DNA from: Eledone cirrhosa
Lineage: Eukaryota
Assembly (NCBI GenBank): GCA_964016885.1
Contig: OZ024740.1
Span: forward strand, 234,236,001 to 234,300,000
Reading direction: 5' to 3'
Length of the DNA: 64,000 bases
Below the pieces are notes generated by a model that saw only the letters and a list, made by a program, of their open reading frames with translations, was not told the DNA's origin and did not search any database. Positions 12,422 through 26,520 of the stretch are shown here, in pieces. Made by a program: the position numbers and the translations under genes. Numbering within the stretch: position 1 is the first letter of the stretch; each line of letters begins with the position of its first letter.

Positions 12422-15400
12422 CTGAGAGAATGAAAGAAAAAGAAAGGTAAAATTGAGAGATGAATACAAAAAAAAACATACATCTATATAATATATATAT
12501 ACACATACATACATACATACATACACACATACATGTATATATATATATATATACACATACATATAGACTTACACATGCTAAGATAACCATAAAAATGTAT
12601 AGATACCAAAGCTTATAAACACAGACATACATATATTCATACAGTTTTTCATAGTGAAGATTGCTCTTATATAGGACCCCCCATACCACAATCATTAAGT
12701 TTTATCAGCTATACTAATATAAATTATTCCCTACTATAATAACCTACATGGCATAATGACTATTTTTCAAGTGAAACTAGAATGTTTCAATACTTTGCTG
12801 TTTGTTTTTTTTTTTACAATTTGACATCTGTTTGTTCATATTAAACATAGTTGGGATATGTTTTTGTAACAGATATGGTGAGGTTAGATATCAGAAATCT
12901 GATCTTGTCAGATAAGAAGACATGTGATATGCTGCCACAAGCAAAGACTGGGTCTTTGAATTTACTTCTACTTGCATAGCTCATAAATAAAACTCATTTT
13001 AATTCCCTTTGAAATGTTCTTCATTTGCAGTTGAATATGTAAACATAAAGAACAAGAAGTCATTGCATGTGAAAGCTATAACATGTCTTAATCAATCAAT
13101 AAGGTAAGTAGTTCAATATCTAAAGTCTAAAGTCTGTCTCAAGCCCGGACGCTCATCAGACAGGTGCTTATCCTGGTTTCCGTGGCGTAAAGTAACTGAC
13201 AGTGCATGACTCCCTCCTGGATAGGACGCCAATCCATCACAGGGTTAAACTCTTCAGTGATTGCTAGTACTCATTTTCAGCTGAGTATACTGAAGCAATG
13301 TGAAATGATGTATTTTGCTCATGACATAACACACAACCCAGTCCAGGAATCGAACCCTCAACATTATGATCGTAAGTCCAACACCCTTACCACTAAGCCA
13401 CACACTTCCACAGTAGTTCAATATAGCAAATCATAAATCAAAACAACTGAGCTCAAATTACTGACCTGTGCTGAGATGTTTTTTACTGACTGCTTCAAGA
13501 TGACTGATAACTCTCATGAAGAACTGATCTTTGTTGTCTAAACCTTCACATTCAACAAAATACCGGATTGTCTCAGCTTCACATTCCTTAAAACCAAGAT
13601 AGAACTTCTCGGCACAGCATTGTCCCTGGTTTACTGTGGATGCAAAAAAAAAAAGGAAACATAATTAGACGACATTGAAAAATATTAATAACGAATCCAT
13701 CATAACAATGCCAAATAAATATAATGGTTTCTGATTTAAACACAAGGCTAATAATTTTGGGGAAGGGAAAGTCAATTAAATCGACACCAGTGTGAAACTG
13801 ACACTTTATTTTATCAGCTTTTTAGGGATGAAAGGCAAAGCTAACCTCAGCAGGATTTGAACTCAGAACATAAAGGGACATAATTCTATGCCGTGAAACA
13901 TGGTGTCCAACAATCTACAGATACTGCCAATCCACCGCCCTTATAACAATTAAATAACATTATTCCAAGTTCATTTGTGTTTTTTTTTTTCATTTTGTTT
14001 TTTTTCCTTCATTTTATGTTAAAAGGAAATAAGGAAAATTATGTAGATACTATCACAAATATTAACATCAACAACAATTATCCTCTATTTGTAATATTAT
14101 GGGTTTTCTCTAGAAGCCTTAACACTACCATCCAACAGCAATAACATCAGAAAAACCAAACAGGGAACTTCTGTATAGTTACTTGACCTGATTAGTGTCT
14201 TGTTGCATGTCTTACGAGGTGATTGAAAGAGTTGGCATCTGGCCAAAAAAACATTGCCTCCAAAAGACCTTATGAAGAGTATGATTGACCTACAAAACAC
14301 AGCAGTTATATCTCTCAAGTGAAGACTACATGTGCTAGTGAGGGAATTTCCATATAACTACTTTGTCTGCTCAGTGTAACAGCCAAACTTTCTTCAACTG
14401 TCTAAAAAGTAGCAACTACATGAGCTGGTGAAACAGCTTCTATATAGTAAGTAGTCACTTAAATCAATAAGTATATATATCTAATATAAAGACTTTACAC
14501 AAGTCTTGTGCTTAATATAATTACAAATACCACATACATTATTAGAATAAACTCTAATTAAAACTACTAAATCAGTGAGAAGTAATACATACCCAGAGAT
14601 CTATGAATGTTTTGCAAATGTTTGATATGTCTGATAGCCATCTCAATAATTTCTGTTTTTTCAATACGACCTTGGCCCTGTGAAAGAGAAGAAATGCAAA
14701 ATATATTCCACTGTAGTTATACACTCAAATACACACATTTACACATTTTACCAATACTGCTTCATCTCACAACTTTTGTAGCATCAATAGAACAGTAATA
14801 ACAGCAACAACACCATATATACACATACATAAAAAAGCTAATCGCAGAGTTTCACAACTTGTAACAAAACCAGAGGACAACTAGACAAGAATCAAGCTTA
14901 ATGAAACATTCATTTTGCTTCATACTAATGGGTCATGGCAGCAAACTCATTGGAATCATATTTTTTTTTTTTAAATGTTTCAAATTCTTGTTTATTTTAT
15001 GTGTATTTTTTTTTTCCTTTTAACTTTCTTTACATTTCATTTTATTTTTCAAATGTGATTTTTGGGAATAATATTATTATTATTATTATCATCATCATCA
15101 ATCTTATTGCTATTATTGTTATTGTTATTACTTGTTACATTATGGAAGATTAAATATTTTATGAGCATTTGCTTCCAAAGTTCTTGAGAATTTATTCCCT
15201 TACAAAACCCCTTGCATTTTCAGAAAGAAAACAGCGCATTATGGGACATGCTAAGCTAGCCCCAACTTTGTTTGTGATTTGGTTGCACAAATTCTCTCTA
15301 AATTTAAAACTTTTGATACCAATGTATAATAAAAAATTTACAAAAGAATTAGTTGAGAATATAACATGAATTTGGGGATATTTATTTATAACATGCAATA

Positions 15401-15667
15401 ATGCACAGTGGACAGTTCACAGATGTAAGCATGCTGTTTGGGGAGTAAAAGCTATCAGAACAGTTCATTATGCATATATACATTATATATATATATATGC
15501 ATATAAATAAATACACACACACCTATATATATACTCATATTCATATATATACATATATTACACACATATTATATATATATACATACACACACATGTATAT
15601 ATATACATACACACACATGTGTATATACACATACATATATATATATACATACATATATATATTTATG

Positions 15668-15712
<45 letters not shown>

Positions 15713-15790
15713 TGTATATATGTATACATATATATATACATATATATACACATACATTATATACATATATACATACATATATATATATAA

Positions 15791-15821
<31 letters not shown>

Positions 15822-15891
15822 TATAGACACATATGCATATATACAAATAGATTTAAAGATTTTCATATATAATTGAAGATAACCATGTGTG

Positions 15892-15943
<52 letters not shown>

Positions 15944-16733
15944 AGTATATATATATACATATATATAAATATATACATATATATAAGTTTGTCTGTTTGA
16001 AAACACAAAAACACAGATTAAAATGTATATGAGAAATTTGCATCCAAGGAAAAAACCCAACCTAAGAACCATATATATATATATAATATTAACAGACTGA
16101 ATCAACATTAAAGCCACAAAAAATATATTTTATTGAATCTTAAACACACAAAAAAAAAATAAAAATTATCAATGTTGGTATTTCAGATTTGAAAAGTCTT
16201 TAAAAGGGAAATTAAGTTGGTCCTTTAGACCCAAGGAATTTTATTTTTTCAAAAATTTTACTCTCAGTTGTTCACTACATTCAGTTTAATTATATGAATA
16301 TATTTAGTTTATTCTGCAGAATTCCTAATTGAAATACATTAACATTAATGATATGACTTAGAATTGGTCAGTTGGTTCATTCTAAAACTAAACAGATACA
16401 CATAACACATACACATAACACATATACATATAAATATATACATGTATACATATATATACATATACAGAAATTAATATACATATCTGTTTTATTATTATTG
16501 ATATTATTGTTAGTGGTGGTATTTTATATTATGATTATTATATTCATTTTTATTACATGCACTAGGGTTGATTTAATCAACCATTAGCTCATCCTTCAGA
16601 AATAGAGTTTTCATTTACATTCAGAACTGTTCGAAAATACAAGTACAATCCTAGGCTACCATTGGTTCCATGGTAAGTATTCATTCAGGTCCCATATCTC
16701 CAAATGTTTAGAGATAGGGAAATATTATTTTCG

Positions 16734-16777
<44 letters not shown>

Positions 16778-17811
16778 AATGTTGAAGGTGAACATGTATA
16801 GAGGTTTTTGTGCTCTTGGTTTTTGAAAGCTTGTCATACCATCACTGAGACATATCCAACATACTCTGGCCTGCCTTTATGTCTTTTTGTTAAGTGATTG
16901 TTGACTGTGACAACTGGTTGAAAGAACTGATATAATAAAGCAATCAGTGTCGGATGGTTTTGACTATTAGAAGAAATTTCTGAGGTGTTTATCCTTATAT
17001 CTGCATTTCAACATCACAATTTGCCTCGTGTGGAGCTTCTCAAAATGCTACAGAATTTGTACTTCTTTACTAGGTAAAAAGGGCATCATTTTAATTCATT
17101 GCCACAAAGAATTTCCATTTCAACCCTAATCCAGCATATTGAAATAAAATTAATTGCATTCTATATTCGGATAGTGAAGTATTTATATAAATGTATATAT
17201 ATGTATATATGTATATATATATATATATATATGATAAATGAAGTCATAACAATAACAAATCTAAAACTTAGTCTAACATCACCACTTCCTCTCTTTCACT
17301 CCTGCCTTTATGTCGTCATAGGATTGGAAACTTAAAGGCATACGTAAAGGTTTGCCAAAAGCAACAGCCCACAGGTGTGGTAGGGTGGGAGTAAAAAAAA
17401 CTTACCTTAGTTTATAGATATAATAAATGGTAACTTTGATTAAAATATTGTCTGAAAAATGCTCAAATTCAGAAAGACATTTGTAAGTACAACACTTTGG
17501 TTTCATATTGCAATTCAAAAGACTAGAATGAATTAAGCAAACCAGGACTATTGCAGTTTGAGAATATCATTGGGAGAGTCAGGTATTTTTATGGGTATTT
17601 TTAATGTTTAAATGGGTTTGATAAAGATATAAATTGACAATTTTACCAATTTTTACACAAGTTTTTCTTTATACAGTTTGTGTCTTTATTTGTTTTTATT
17701 TTATTTTAATACCTGGCTGACTCTTCACCAATATTCCAAACATTTTCCCCATAATGTATCTAAATGTTGTGTACATATGTATATGTGTGTGTGTGTATAT
17801 ATGCATATATG

Positions 17812-17853
<42 letters not shown>

Positions 17854-17988
17854 TACATATACAAAAATACATATAAATATAGATACATATACATATATAC
17901 ATATAAATATATAATACATGTACACATCATATAAATATATAATTTATATATATATATATACACATATCTATGTACATATATATGTATA

Positions 17989-18074
<86 letters not shown>

Positions 18075-18452
18075 TATATTTATCTGCATGTATATATATA
18101 TATATATACACACACATACATGTACGTATGATTGTATTTATGTGGATCAGCGTGTGTGTGTATGTGTGTGTGTGCATGTATGTGTTAGCAAACAACAATC
18201 ATTTCTTCTGGAATATAAAGATGAGTTAATCAAAATATCATATGTAGATTGGTTGATCAACATCATATTTACAGATTAATCAAAAATAACTGAGAACAAA
18301 AAAACGGGTTAAACAGTGGCAAAAACACACAATTGATTCAGAATTCCAATATTTCTCATATAAAATATTAATATATATGAATGAACATGAGTTTGTGTGT
18401 GTGTGTATTTATGTAAACATGAGTGTGTATATATACATATACAATTCATACC

Positions 18453-18494
<42 letters not shown>

Positions 18495-18546
18495 CATAAC
18501 CCATGCAAGCATAGAAAAGTGGACGTAAATATGAAAACAATATATA

Positions 18547-18600
<54 letters not shown>

Positions 18601-18624
18601 TCTATATATGTATATATATATATG

Positions 18625-18673
<49 letters not shown>

Positions 18674-20694
18674 GTATCAGATAATGTTATTACACCCCTT
18701 CATTTCCTCAGTATTAGCATCAATTTATGTCTGCTTTTCATGCTTGCATGGGTAGGAGGGACCATCTGTCCATCTGTCTGAGTGGGTTAGGGTTAAAATT
18801 AGAGTTACTACCCTCTTAGAAAGATCAGAAAACCATGCCACATTTCTACATTCTGTTTCTTAGCATAGTTTCTATGGCAGCATGCCCTTCCTAACAACCC
18901 AGAATTTATTTACTAGGTGCATTTTAGCATAGCACCAATGCTAGCAATTATGCCCTCAACAAGACTAAAGAACCTTCTTGACTTTGCGCTGTCTCTGATC
19001 GATTATACATATATATATATATAATTATGCAATATATATTATATATTTTATTTACCCTGTTGTAACAAACATGTGCACATGTGCACACCTTAACTGCTAC
19101 ACAAGTAGATATGCACACACAGACTAACAGAAAGACACATAAACAAGAAGGTGACTATAAACAATGGTTTACCTGCTTCATATAGTTTGCTGGAATAAGA
19201 CGACTGAGATCAGCAAGACAATTATTCATACGATCACGGCGTCGTTTTTCTATAATCCGGTGGGACATTGGGTCCTGTAGAAGATAGATAGTTATTAGAT
19301 GAATAATAAAGACATTAGATAAACACATAAATGAATAAACAGTACAGATAGTCATTAGATGAACATTGGAGAGTCATAATGAACTGTGAAATAGATGGAT
19401 ATCAGGTGAAGGGATGATGTTGCTGTAGGTGTAATGGTTAACACCTGTAAAGGTTTAGCCAACCTCCAAATAGGTTGCATCATATAGGAGGTCTCTCGGG
19501 TGTTTTAATGATACACTGTCCCCATTTTTCTGTGACAGGAGGTAGGATTTGAACACAGAATGCACATGGCCAGAACAGAAACTGCAAAACTCTAACAGTT
19601 CTACCCATCCATCCCCCTGGACTAGTGCTTTAGTTATTGGCCCCAAAGGGCCAAAAGGTAAAGCTAACCTCAGTGGGTTTTGAACTCAGAGTGCAGTGTG
19701 CCAGATCAAATACTAGCAGCTCTGCTGATTCATCAACCTTATGTGAACAGAGGAATGAAATAGATGGACAGAAAAGTATCAGATTGAAAAAAAGGGAACA
19801 GATGCATAGATGTAATAAAACTGGATATTTTATTTAATTACTGAAACACAATAGAAATAACGAGTAGTGTAAGGTAACTGCAGGATATAATGATATAAAA
19901 GGGCTTTTTCAAACAAAGTATAGCCTGGCCTATGATGTGTTTTGTTTTTAAGATGATTGTGTGTGTGATTTGAGGGAGATTTGGCAGCTATTTCTAGCTG
20001 ATTGACTCATATAGACTCCCACAGTATATAACACAAGAAACCATAGCATATAGTCATAGTAACCAGAATATATTGTTGAGATTACTACAACATATAGTAG
20101 GAGATAACTATAGTATACAGGAAAGATTACCATATAATATGGTGTGAGGTGGTAAGTAAACTTCCACTAAGAAATCTCTACTGCCTGAATTAAAGTGACT
20201 TACCCTCGGAGTCTTTGGTTTTTTGGTTGGAGGCCCATGCATTTCGTAATCTTCAACAGATGTAGCAAAATTTAAAGGGCTGAAATAATAATAATAAAAA
20301 TATTAATCATAATGATAACAACAATAACAATAATAACAGCAACATAATAATAATAATAACAATATTGATTCTTTCATTTCCCACAAGGGCGACAGATAAA
20401 GGAAATTACAAGTATAGGTTAGAAAAGTGTGGTCGTTTACATTGAAATTGAAAGATAAAACTAAAATGAAAATGATAGTATACATAGTATATAAAATTCT
20501 AAAATGTCTCTAAGAGGACTATCCATCTAGGGCTAATGAAGAAACTCCACAGATCCAGGAGTAAGTACTCTTTCCCAGCTGTTATTCCACATCCTCTAAG
20601 TGTACGTTAAGCGGATGCCCAATCACTTGAGGCAAAGTTGACAATGGCAGGATTTGAATCCAGGTTCTAAAGAGATATTCTACAAATTTTCTAA

Positions 20695-20726
<32 letters not shown>

Positions 20727-22044
20727 AAAACAACAATAGGAACCTGGTGAGGCAATGGAATTATTAACCTCTGAAGAGGGTGGTTAAAAAGAATAGCTAT
20801 GAAAAGAATTAAAGTTATTAAGCTCATAAATATTCTTTCTTGAATCTATCAAGGTCCAACCTCTGATCTCTAGTTCAAAACATTAAATTATAGCTGTCCT
20901 TAAGTAATATAATATGTATGTCTCAACTAAAATTAACATTAAGTCTGTAATGAGAAGGGTTAAAATAAACATAAATCAACTCTGAATACTTGTTAGCTCA
21001 AAGTTAACAGCTTCAATGCAGGATTTTGACTATGAAAAATAGTCAAACCAGTTAGACATATAAGACCCTAGGGACAAAAAAAAAAAAAAAAAAAAGACAA
21101 GTGGACAGCATTGCTTGTGGAATTTGATCTAACACCTGCTGCAATTCACTCAATGGTTCTAAAATTAAGATTGTTTATAAACATAAATCAGTTTTTAGGA
21201 GAGAAGAAGCAGAGGTCAAATTATTTCAGGTCTCCATAGTCTATAGAATAGAAATGAAGTGTTTGTGTTAGGTGGGAAAGGATGTTAATGTTCAGTTTAA
21301 AGTGTTATAAGATAGTGGTTGGAGAGAAAGGGTAGACAGGGTAGCAGCTCCAAACAGATGCATTCTGGGAGAAGCAAAAAGGTCTCTGTGTGTAGTAGAG
21401 AAAAATAAAGAATTTGATTGGTTGAAACTGTTGTCACCTCTTATTTGGAAATTCTGTGGTCTGATTTTAGTCATTACAGATATATTTATAACTATTGAGA
21501 AACTTCAAAAAACTGTTTAATCTTTAGCATGCTAGAAATGTGTATGGATTGCTTCCCTTGACACTACATTATGTATTAAGGGGAGATTACTCTATTGATG
21601 ACATAATGCACCTGGAGCATCCAGAAGTTTAAGGAGATATAAATAATATTGAAACCTGCACTGAAGCAAAACAACTGACACACTCAAATAATGTTAATGT
21701 TCTCTACCAAGGGCTACCATTAGGAAATGGTAAAAAGCAGCTCACAAGAGCAAACTGAGAAGGAAAAAAAACAACAGGACAGAATGGCTACATTGCATAT
21801 CGACTGTGTTAGATAATATATAATTGTTTATTGTAATAAACAATTTGGATATTTTTAGATGTAGTGTAATCCTCAATCAAGTGAGAACATAGAATAATCA
21901 ATGGGATGGATCTGTGGATTGAACCTACATGTTCTGAAAAGCAATATATATCAATAAAATATATAGATATACATAAATACACAATACTGCTATATTCCTA
22001 CATTTTTTGTTTATATACTCTTTTTCAGTAATGGTATTATTTGG

Positions 22045-22106
<62 letters not shown>

Positions 22107-22187
22107 ATATACATATTATATATATATACATATATTTTTATATACATATATATTTATACATATATAAAAATATATATATATAAACAT

Positions 22188-22234
<47 letters not shown>

Positions 22235-22413
22235 CATATCTATGTGTGAACAAGAGAACAAGAGAAAAAACATAGATAGCAACTAGATTAACAATGCAAA
22301 TAAGCCACAGATAAAACAGATATAAAAACACGGAGAAGCGCATATTAATAAACACACATATACATGCAATTGTTGACATGTTTGCATGGGTCTGTGTATG
22401 TGAGTATTTGTAC

Positions 22414-22448
<35 letters not shown>

Positions 22449-22811
22449 CATACATTCACATACATACACATACACTCAGAGGTGTATAGGTATATATATA
22501 TATATACATATACATATGTGTATGTGAGAGCATGTGTACAATTGTGCATGCACGTGTGCACTCATGCAAGTATGAATGTGCACCATGGTCTGTATGTGTG
22601 TGTGTGTGTGTGTTAGCATGCATTTGGTAGAATGATTTGCAGTCAATGACAGCAAAGTGCTGCCCATCAGTTAAAGCTCTACCAGACAACTACAGCTCAT
22701 TTGCATTAGGTGTGCACACATGCACACACACACAGCAACAAGTACAAACACATACACATTGCCAAGTGGTAATAGTTTTGCTCACCTGGAACATTTGTGT
22801 TTTCGGATCAT
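10281..22811 (-). CDS. cwo: clockwork orange (bHLH-Orange transcriptional repressor), spliced CDS join(22811-22786,20279-20204,19274-19173,14677-14593,13633-13466,12421-10281), 2598 nt / 865 aa
   Basis: All five introns are GT-AG with compatible phases. Spliced protein reads ...PLNFATS...KKPKTPR|[34 protein letters not shown]|[22 protein letters not shown] (CWO-type bHLH), then Orange domain [23 protein letters not shown], then CWO-like blocks [26 protein letters not shown] and [10 protein letters not shown]. No WRPW, as in CWO. Start codon is tentative. Confidence 0.9.
11640..11879 (-). repeat. coding 15-bp tandem repeat, 16 units encoding (D/E)KH(S/G)(H/Y)-type pentapeptides
   Basis: Plus-strand units such as atgactgtgtttatc and atatccatgtttatc; synonymous variation between units. 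Confidence 0.95.
13466..13633 (-). CDS. cwo: cwo exon, Orange domain
   Basis: (V)[55 protein letters not shown]; ccacag acceptor, AG|gtcagt donor; 168 nt, phase 1/1. Confidence 0.93.
13720..13940 (-). mobile_element. tRNA-derived SINE, CpG-decayed intronic copy
   Basis: Colinear with 62825-63055 but most CpGs converted to CA/TG. Confidence 0.75.
14593..14677 (-). CDS. cwo: cwo exon, bHLH loop and helix 2
   Basis: [28 protein letters not shown]; ctttcacag acceptor, G|gtatgt donor; phase 0 to 1. Confidence 0.95.
19173..19274 (-). CDS. cwo: cwo exon, bHLH basic region and helix 1
   Basis: [34 protein letters not shown]; ctacag acceptor, CAG|gtaaac donor; 102 nt, phase 0/0. Confidence 0.95.
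20204..20279 (-). CDS. cwo: cwo exon (S)[25 protein letters not shown]
   Basis: Acceptor tatttcag, donor AGG|gtaagt; phase 2 to 0. An LNFA motif precedes the basic region as in insect CWO. Not in the ORF track. Confidence 0.85.
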
Positions 22812-22830
22812 TCGTTCATTGAAGGAAAAT
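22786..22830 (-). CDS. cwo: cwo 45-nt exon containing candidate start ATG at 22811-22809 (MIRKHKCS)
   Basis: Acceptor tttttttag, donor CAG|gtgagc; ends in phase 2, matching the next exon. The frame is open to the exon start, so a further upstream coding exon is possible. Confidence 0.65.
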
Positions 22831-24559
22831 CTAAAAAAACAAGTAGATACGTTGACCAATGTTTTTTCTGAATAGACAGGGAATGGGGGGCAAGGATATT
22901 GGACAATGACACGACAAGATGAACAATATATATGAATATTATTTCTCCATGAAGTTAATGGGCTGGAGTGGTGCAATCCACCCCAGTCAGTCAATGGTTA
23001 TGTAAATAGAATAAAGTGCTCAACGACCTCCACTAATCCGCATTTGTTTTGGTCGTGCAGGTCAGAGCATATAGAACAATATATATAGTGAAGGCCATAT
23101 GAAACTGGGTATAGATTTATTTAATAAGCTATTATATGTATATATATTTATCTATACACAATTTCAGATGGCTTTCACTATATTTACTGTTCTATATATG
23201 TATATTGTATATATATATATATATTTTAATAATTTTGAAAACCATACAATGCACTTGAGAGAAAATCAAGATTCTTTTGTTACCTTAGCAATCTTGATTT
23301 TCTTTCTAGTGCATTGTATGGTTTTCAAAATTATTCAAATTTGTGTTTCCTATTCAACATTGCTTTAAGAAAACTACAACACTCTATTATACATATATAT
23401 ATATACACACATATATATATATATAACAACTCAATAAATAACATATTCAGTGGGGGCCTCAAATCTTGATGTTAAATTTGAAGTTAGTTTTGGGCTACTT
23501 TAATGTAACCCTCTTAATATCAATTGACATTGAGTGGTGTACATTGGAGTAGCCTGGTGAAGTACAGATTTTGCATGTGGTGACATTCATAAGAGAATGT
23601 GGCCTACTGTGTTGTTCATGGAACAGTGCTCTATCCAAACAGAGGAAATAATACTTTAGATCTCTGCTTCTCAAATAACACAGAACTCATTTATAATGTC
23701 AATGATTTTCTCAGACCTTAACCTAGTGGAACTAAAAATGTACAATCCAAAGATAAGCACTCTACTGAAATGGTATCTAGTTTTTACTTCCACAAGTAAA
23801 TTGATTCAAACAAGATTCTGAAACAGAACTAACTGGTTTGAAGATATTTCTATCAAGACAATGCAATAAAATTCAAGCAATCTTTGCCAGTAATTCAAGT
23901 TATTAAAACCACATGCATTAAATTTATCCCAGAAAGACCAATATAGACAAATAAATTCTGATGAGACAAAGACTGAAGACCTGAAACCAATTAAATGAAC
24001 AACACGAAGACAATGAAAAATCTTATTTGAAGAAGACATTCCTAGAACTGAACAACAAAATCAAATATTTCCAAGAATAGGAAGGAGCAAAAAGGGAAAC
24101 TAGGGCTATAGAAAAATTAAAAAGAACAACAACCATAAAGCTTTCTTTCTATAAATTCACAAAAGAAACAGCAGCAGTACACTGACTGCAGACTAAAAAA
24201 TGGTTAAGTGAAATACAGAATGAACAATCCCAATAAGACACATGCAAATAACCAAGTGAGATGGAGTTTTTAATACAACAGCTGTACATTGGGAAGTGGT
24301 AACCATCAAGTACATCAACATAAAGGAATATCAGAAAGGATTGCAATTCTAGAATCACAGACAATGCATGACATGAAAACTAATGAACAAAGAGGTGTCA
24401 TTTCTTGTTCATATTACTCAGGTTGCAACAATGTAAAGAAAACTAGCAGGATGGAATCAGAATCATTCAGCAAAGAGGACAACAAACCATGTTGGTCCAT
24501 TTGTTCTCAGCTATTTGGACTATTGCTTTTAACTATGGCTACCACATACTGTTAAACAA

Positions 24560-24815
24560 ATTGTGGAATTCAATGTAATCCAGTGATACTACAGCAAGAG
24601 GATTGGCTTGTTGCAACAAATTAGCTACAGGGAGAGGCTCAAAGAACTAAAGTTATACTCCCTAGAGTGAAGTCAGAAAATATATGTATTGTTATATATA
24701 TGAAAAACCTGCAAGAGCTAGCACCAAATACTAAACCCTGAGCTGGATGCCAATGCATAGTGACAAAGGTCTCAACATTGCCATATAGAGTAAGAACCAA
24801 TTACTACAATAGATT
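24560..24815 (+). mobile_element. decayed CR1-like LINE 3' fragment
   Basis: agctacagggagaggctcaaagaactaaagttatactccctagag = SYRERLKELKLYSLE. Confidence 0.55.
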
Positions 24816-25560
24816 GTTTAACCCTTTAACATTTAAACCGGTCATATCCAGCCAGAATTCTCTCACGTCTTTCTGTTCAAAATGGCTGTAACCAGCCACT
24901 CATACTGATGTTAAGGTATTGTTCTAAAAAAAAATTATATCAAAATATCATAGATTCGATATTATGTGAAATAATTCTGTGACCACAAAAATATAATAGT
25001 ATATATAGAATAATGTAAATGCTTAAGGTTTAAAAAGCCCACAGCTTTTCAATATGTTGCTGCCAAAAATGACATCCCTATATGGAGTGGATGTAAATGC
25101 ATTGAATAAACACTTGAACATTCTACAATGTCAGATCACACATCCAAACATACACATGTTAGTTTTTGTTAGTACTACAAAACAGAAGAAAGAGTACTCA
25201 AAGCTGAAGTTAAAGTGTAAATTTATTTAGTATGGCTAACCAGAATCAGAATTTGTACCTACCTAATTTTTTATGTGAATATGTTTGCATGAAACCTTTG
25301 TTAAATATGACCTCTGATTCCAGTTATTCATAGATAAATATTCATATATATTTCCATATGCACATGTATACATATTTATTTATTCATTTAAATATGCATA
25401 CATTTGTTTAATTCTTTTTCTGTAAACTTTACTAAATTGAGAGAGAGATCTAGGGTTACACCATGATGGGCTGTCTACATTGAAGCAAAACGAGACTAGG
25501 TGATATAAAGAGATTAATGTATATGTGAGCCGCTTGTTTGAAATACATATACACTGCCTT

Positions 25561-25632
<72 letters not shown>

Positions 25633-26149
25633 GTGAATATGTATTCAGTTGTATTGTTTTATTAAAACAAGCACAAAACATAATACATTATGTAGCTATT
25701 TTTGTTATGGTGAATATCATTCTTGGAACAAAATACAGTGCTGCTCGCAGAAAATGTCAACATTCCAGTAAGCTGCAGCAAAGCAATAGTGTATGTACAT
25801 GCGTGCACATATGTATGTGTTTAGTTTTACAAACAAGAAAAAAAATTATTTATATGTGTGCGTATGTGCGTGTGTATGTATACTATACATATGTATGTAG
25901 AATCTAACAATAGTATCTGGTGAAACCTAGGCATTGTATCAAACTAATGCAATGTAGTAATATGCAGATTTTGGTATACATTACAAACTAATAAAATACA
26001 TATAATACAATCCCTGTCAATTTTCATAATAGCAAGAATTACAGCAAAATGTTCTTGTTCACTTTTTCTTGAAATCTAAACCCTCATAATAAATAATAAT
26101 CATTTTGCCCTATGGTGCTATGATGAAGGAACAATCAAGATCACAATTC

Positions 26150-26520
26150 TTGAAGTACCAACATATAGCTGTAAAATGATTCTATCTCCCAGGTTCAGTT
26201 CATCAATGATTGCCCTTGAGATTTATTGAAAGTCATGATAAAGCTGATTCTGACAAGTAACTGAAGCCTTTTAAATGAGTTGCCTTCAGAAGTATTCTGG
26301 AAGCAAACAGTTGTGTCCAGCAAATTTTCCAGGCATGGGTATAAATTCCACAACATAGCATTTCATATCTTTGATGGCGCAACCAATGCCTTTGCAAAGT
26401 GTTATAAGATATAGGTTACTAAGTAGTATGATCAAAACTCCAAATTTCAATATTAGATTGTATGGAGTTTCTGTTGGGTTTAACTAAGTTTCTGTTCAGA
26501 AACTTAGTTAAATAATGTAC
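26150..26520 (-). mobile_element. decayed Helitron Pif1-like helicase fragment
   Basis: Minus strand pieces IILLSNL, LCKG, AFIMTFNKSQGQS and QLYVGTSR match Pif1 motifs (MLLRNL, LCNG, FAMTINKSQGQS, QLYVAxSR) in the right order. Confidence 0.7.

Noticed and set aside
12422-12695. N-terminal ~90 aa of the 804-aa track ORF
   Set aside because: Intronic microsatellite and polypyrimidine tract upstream of the acceptor at 12422.
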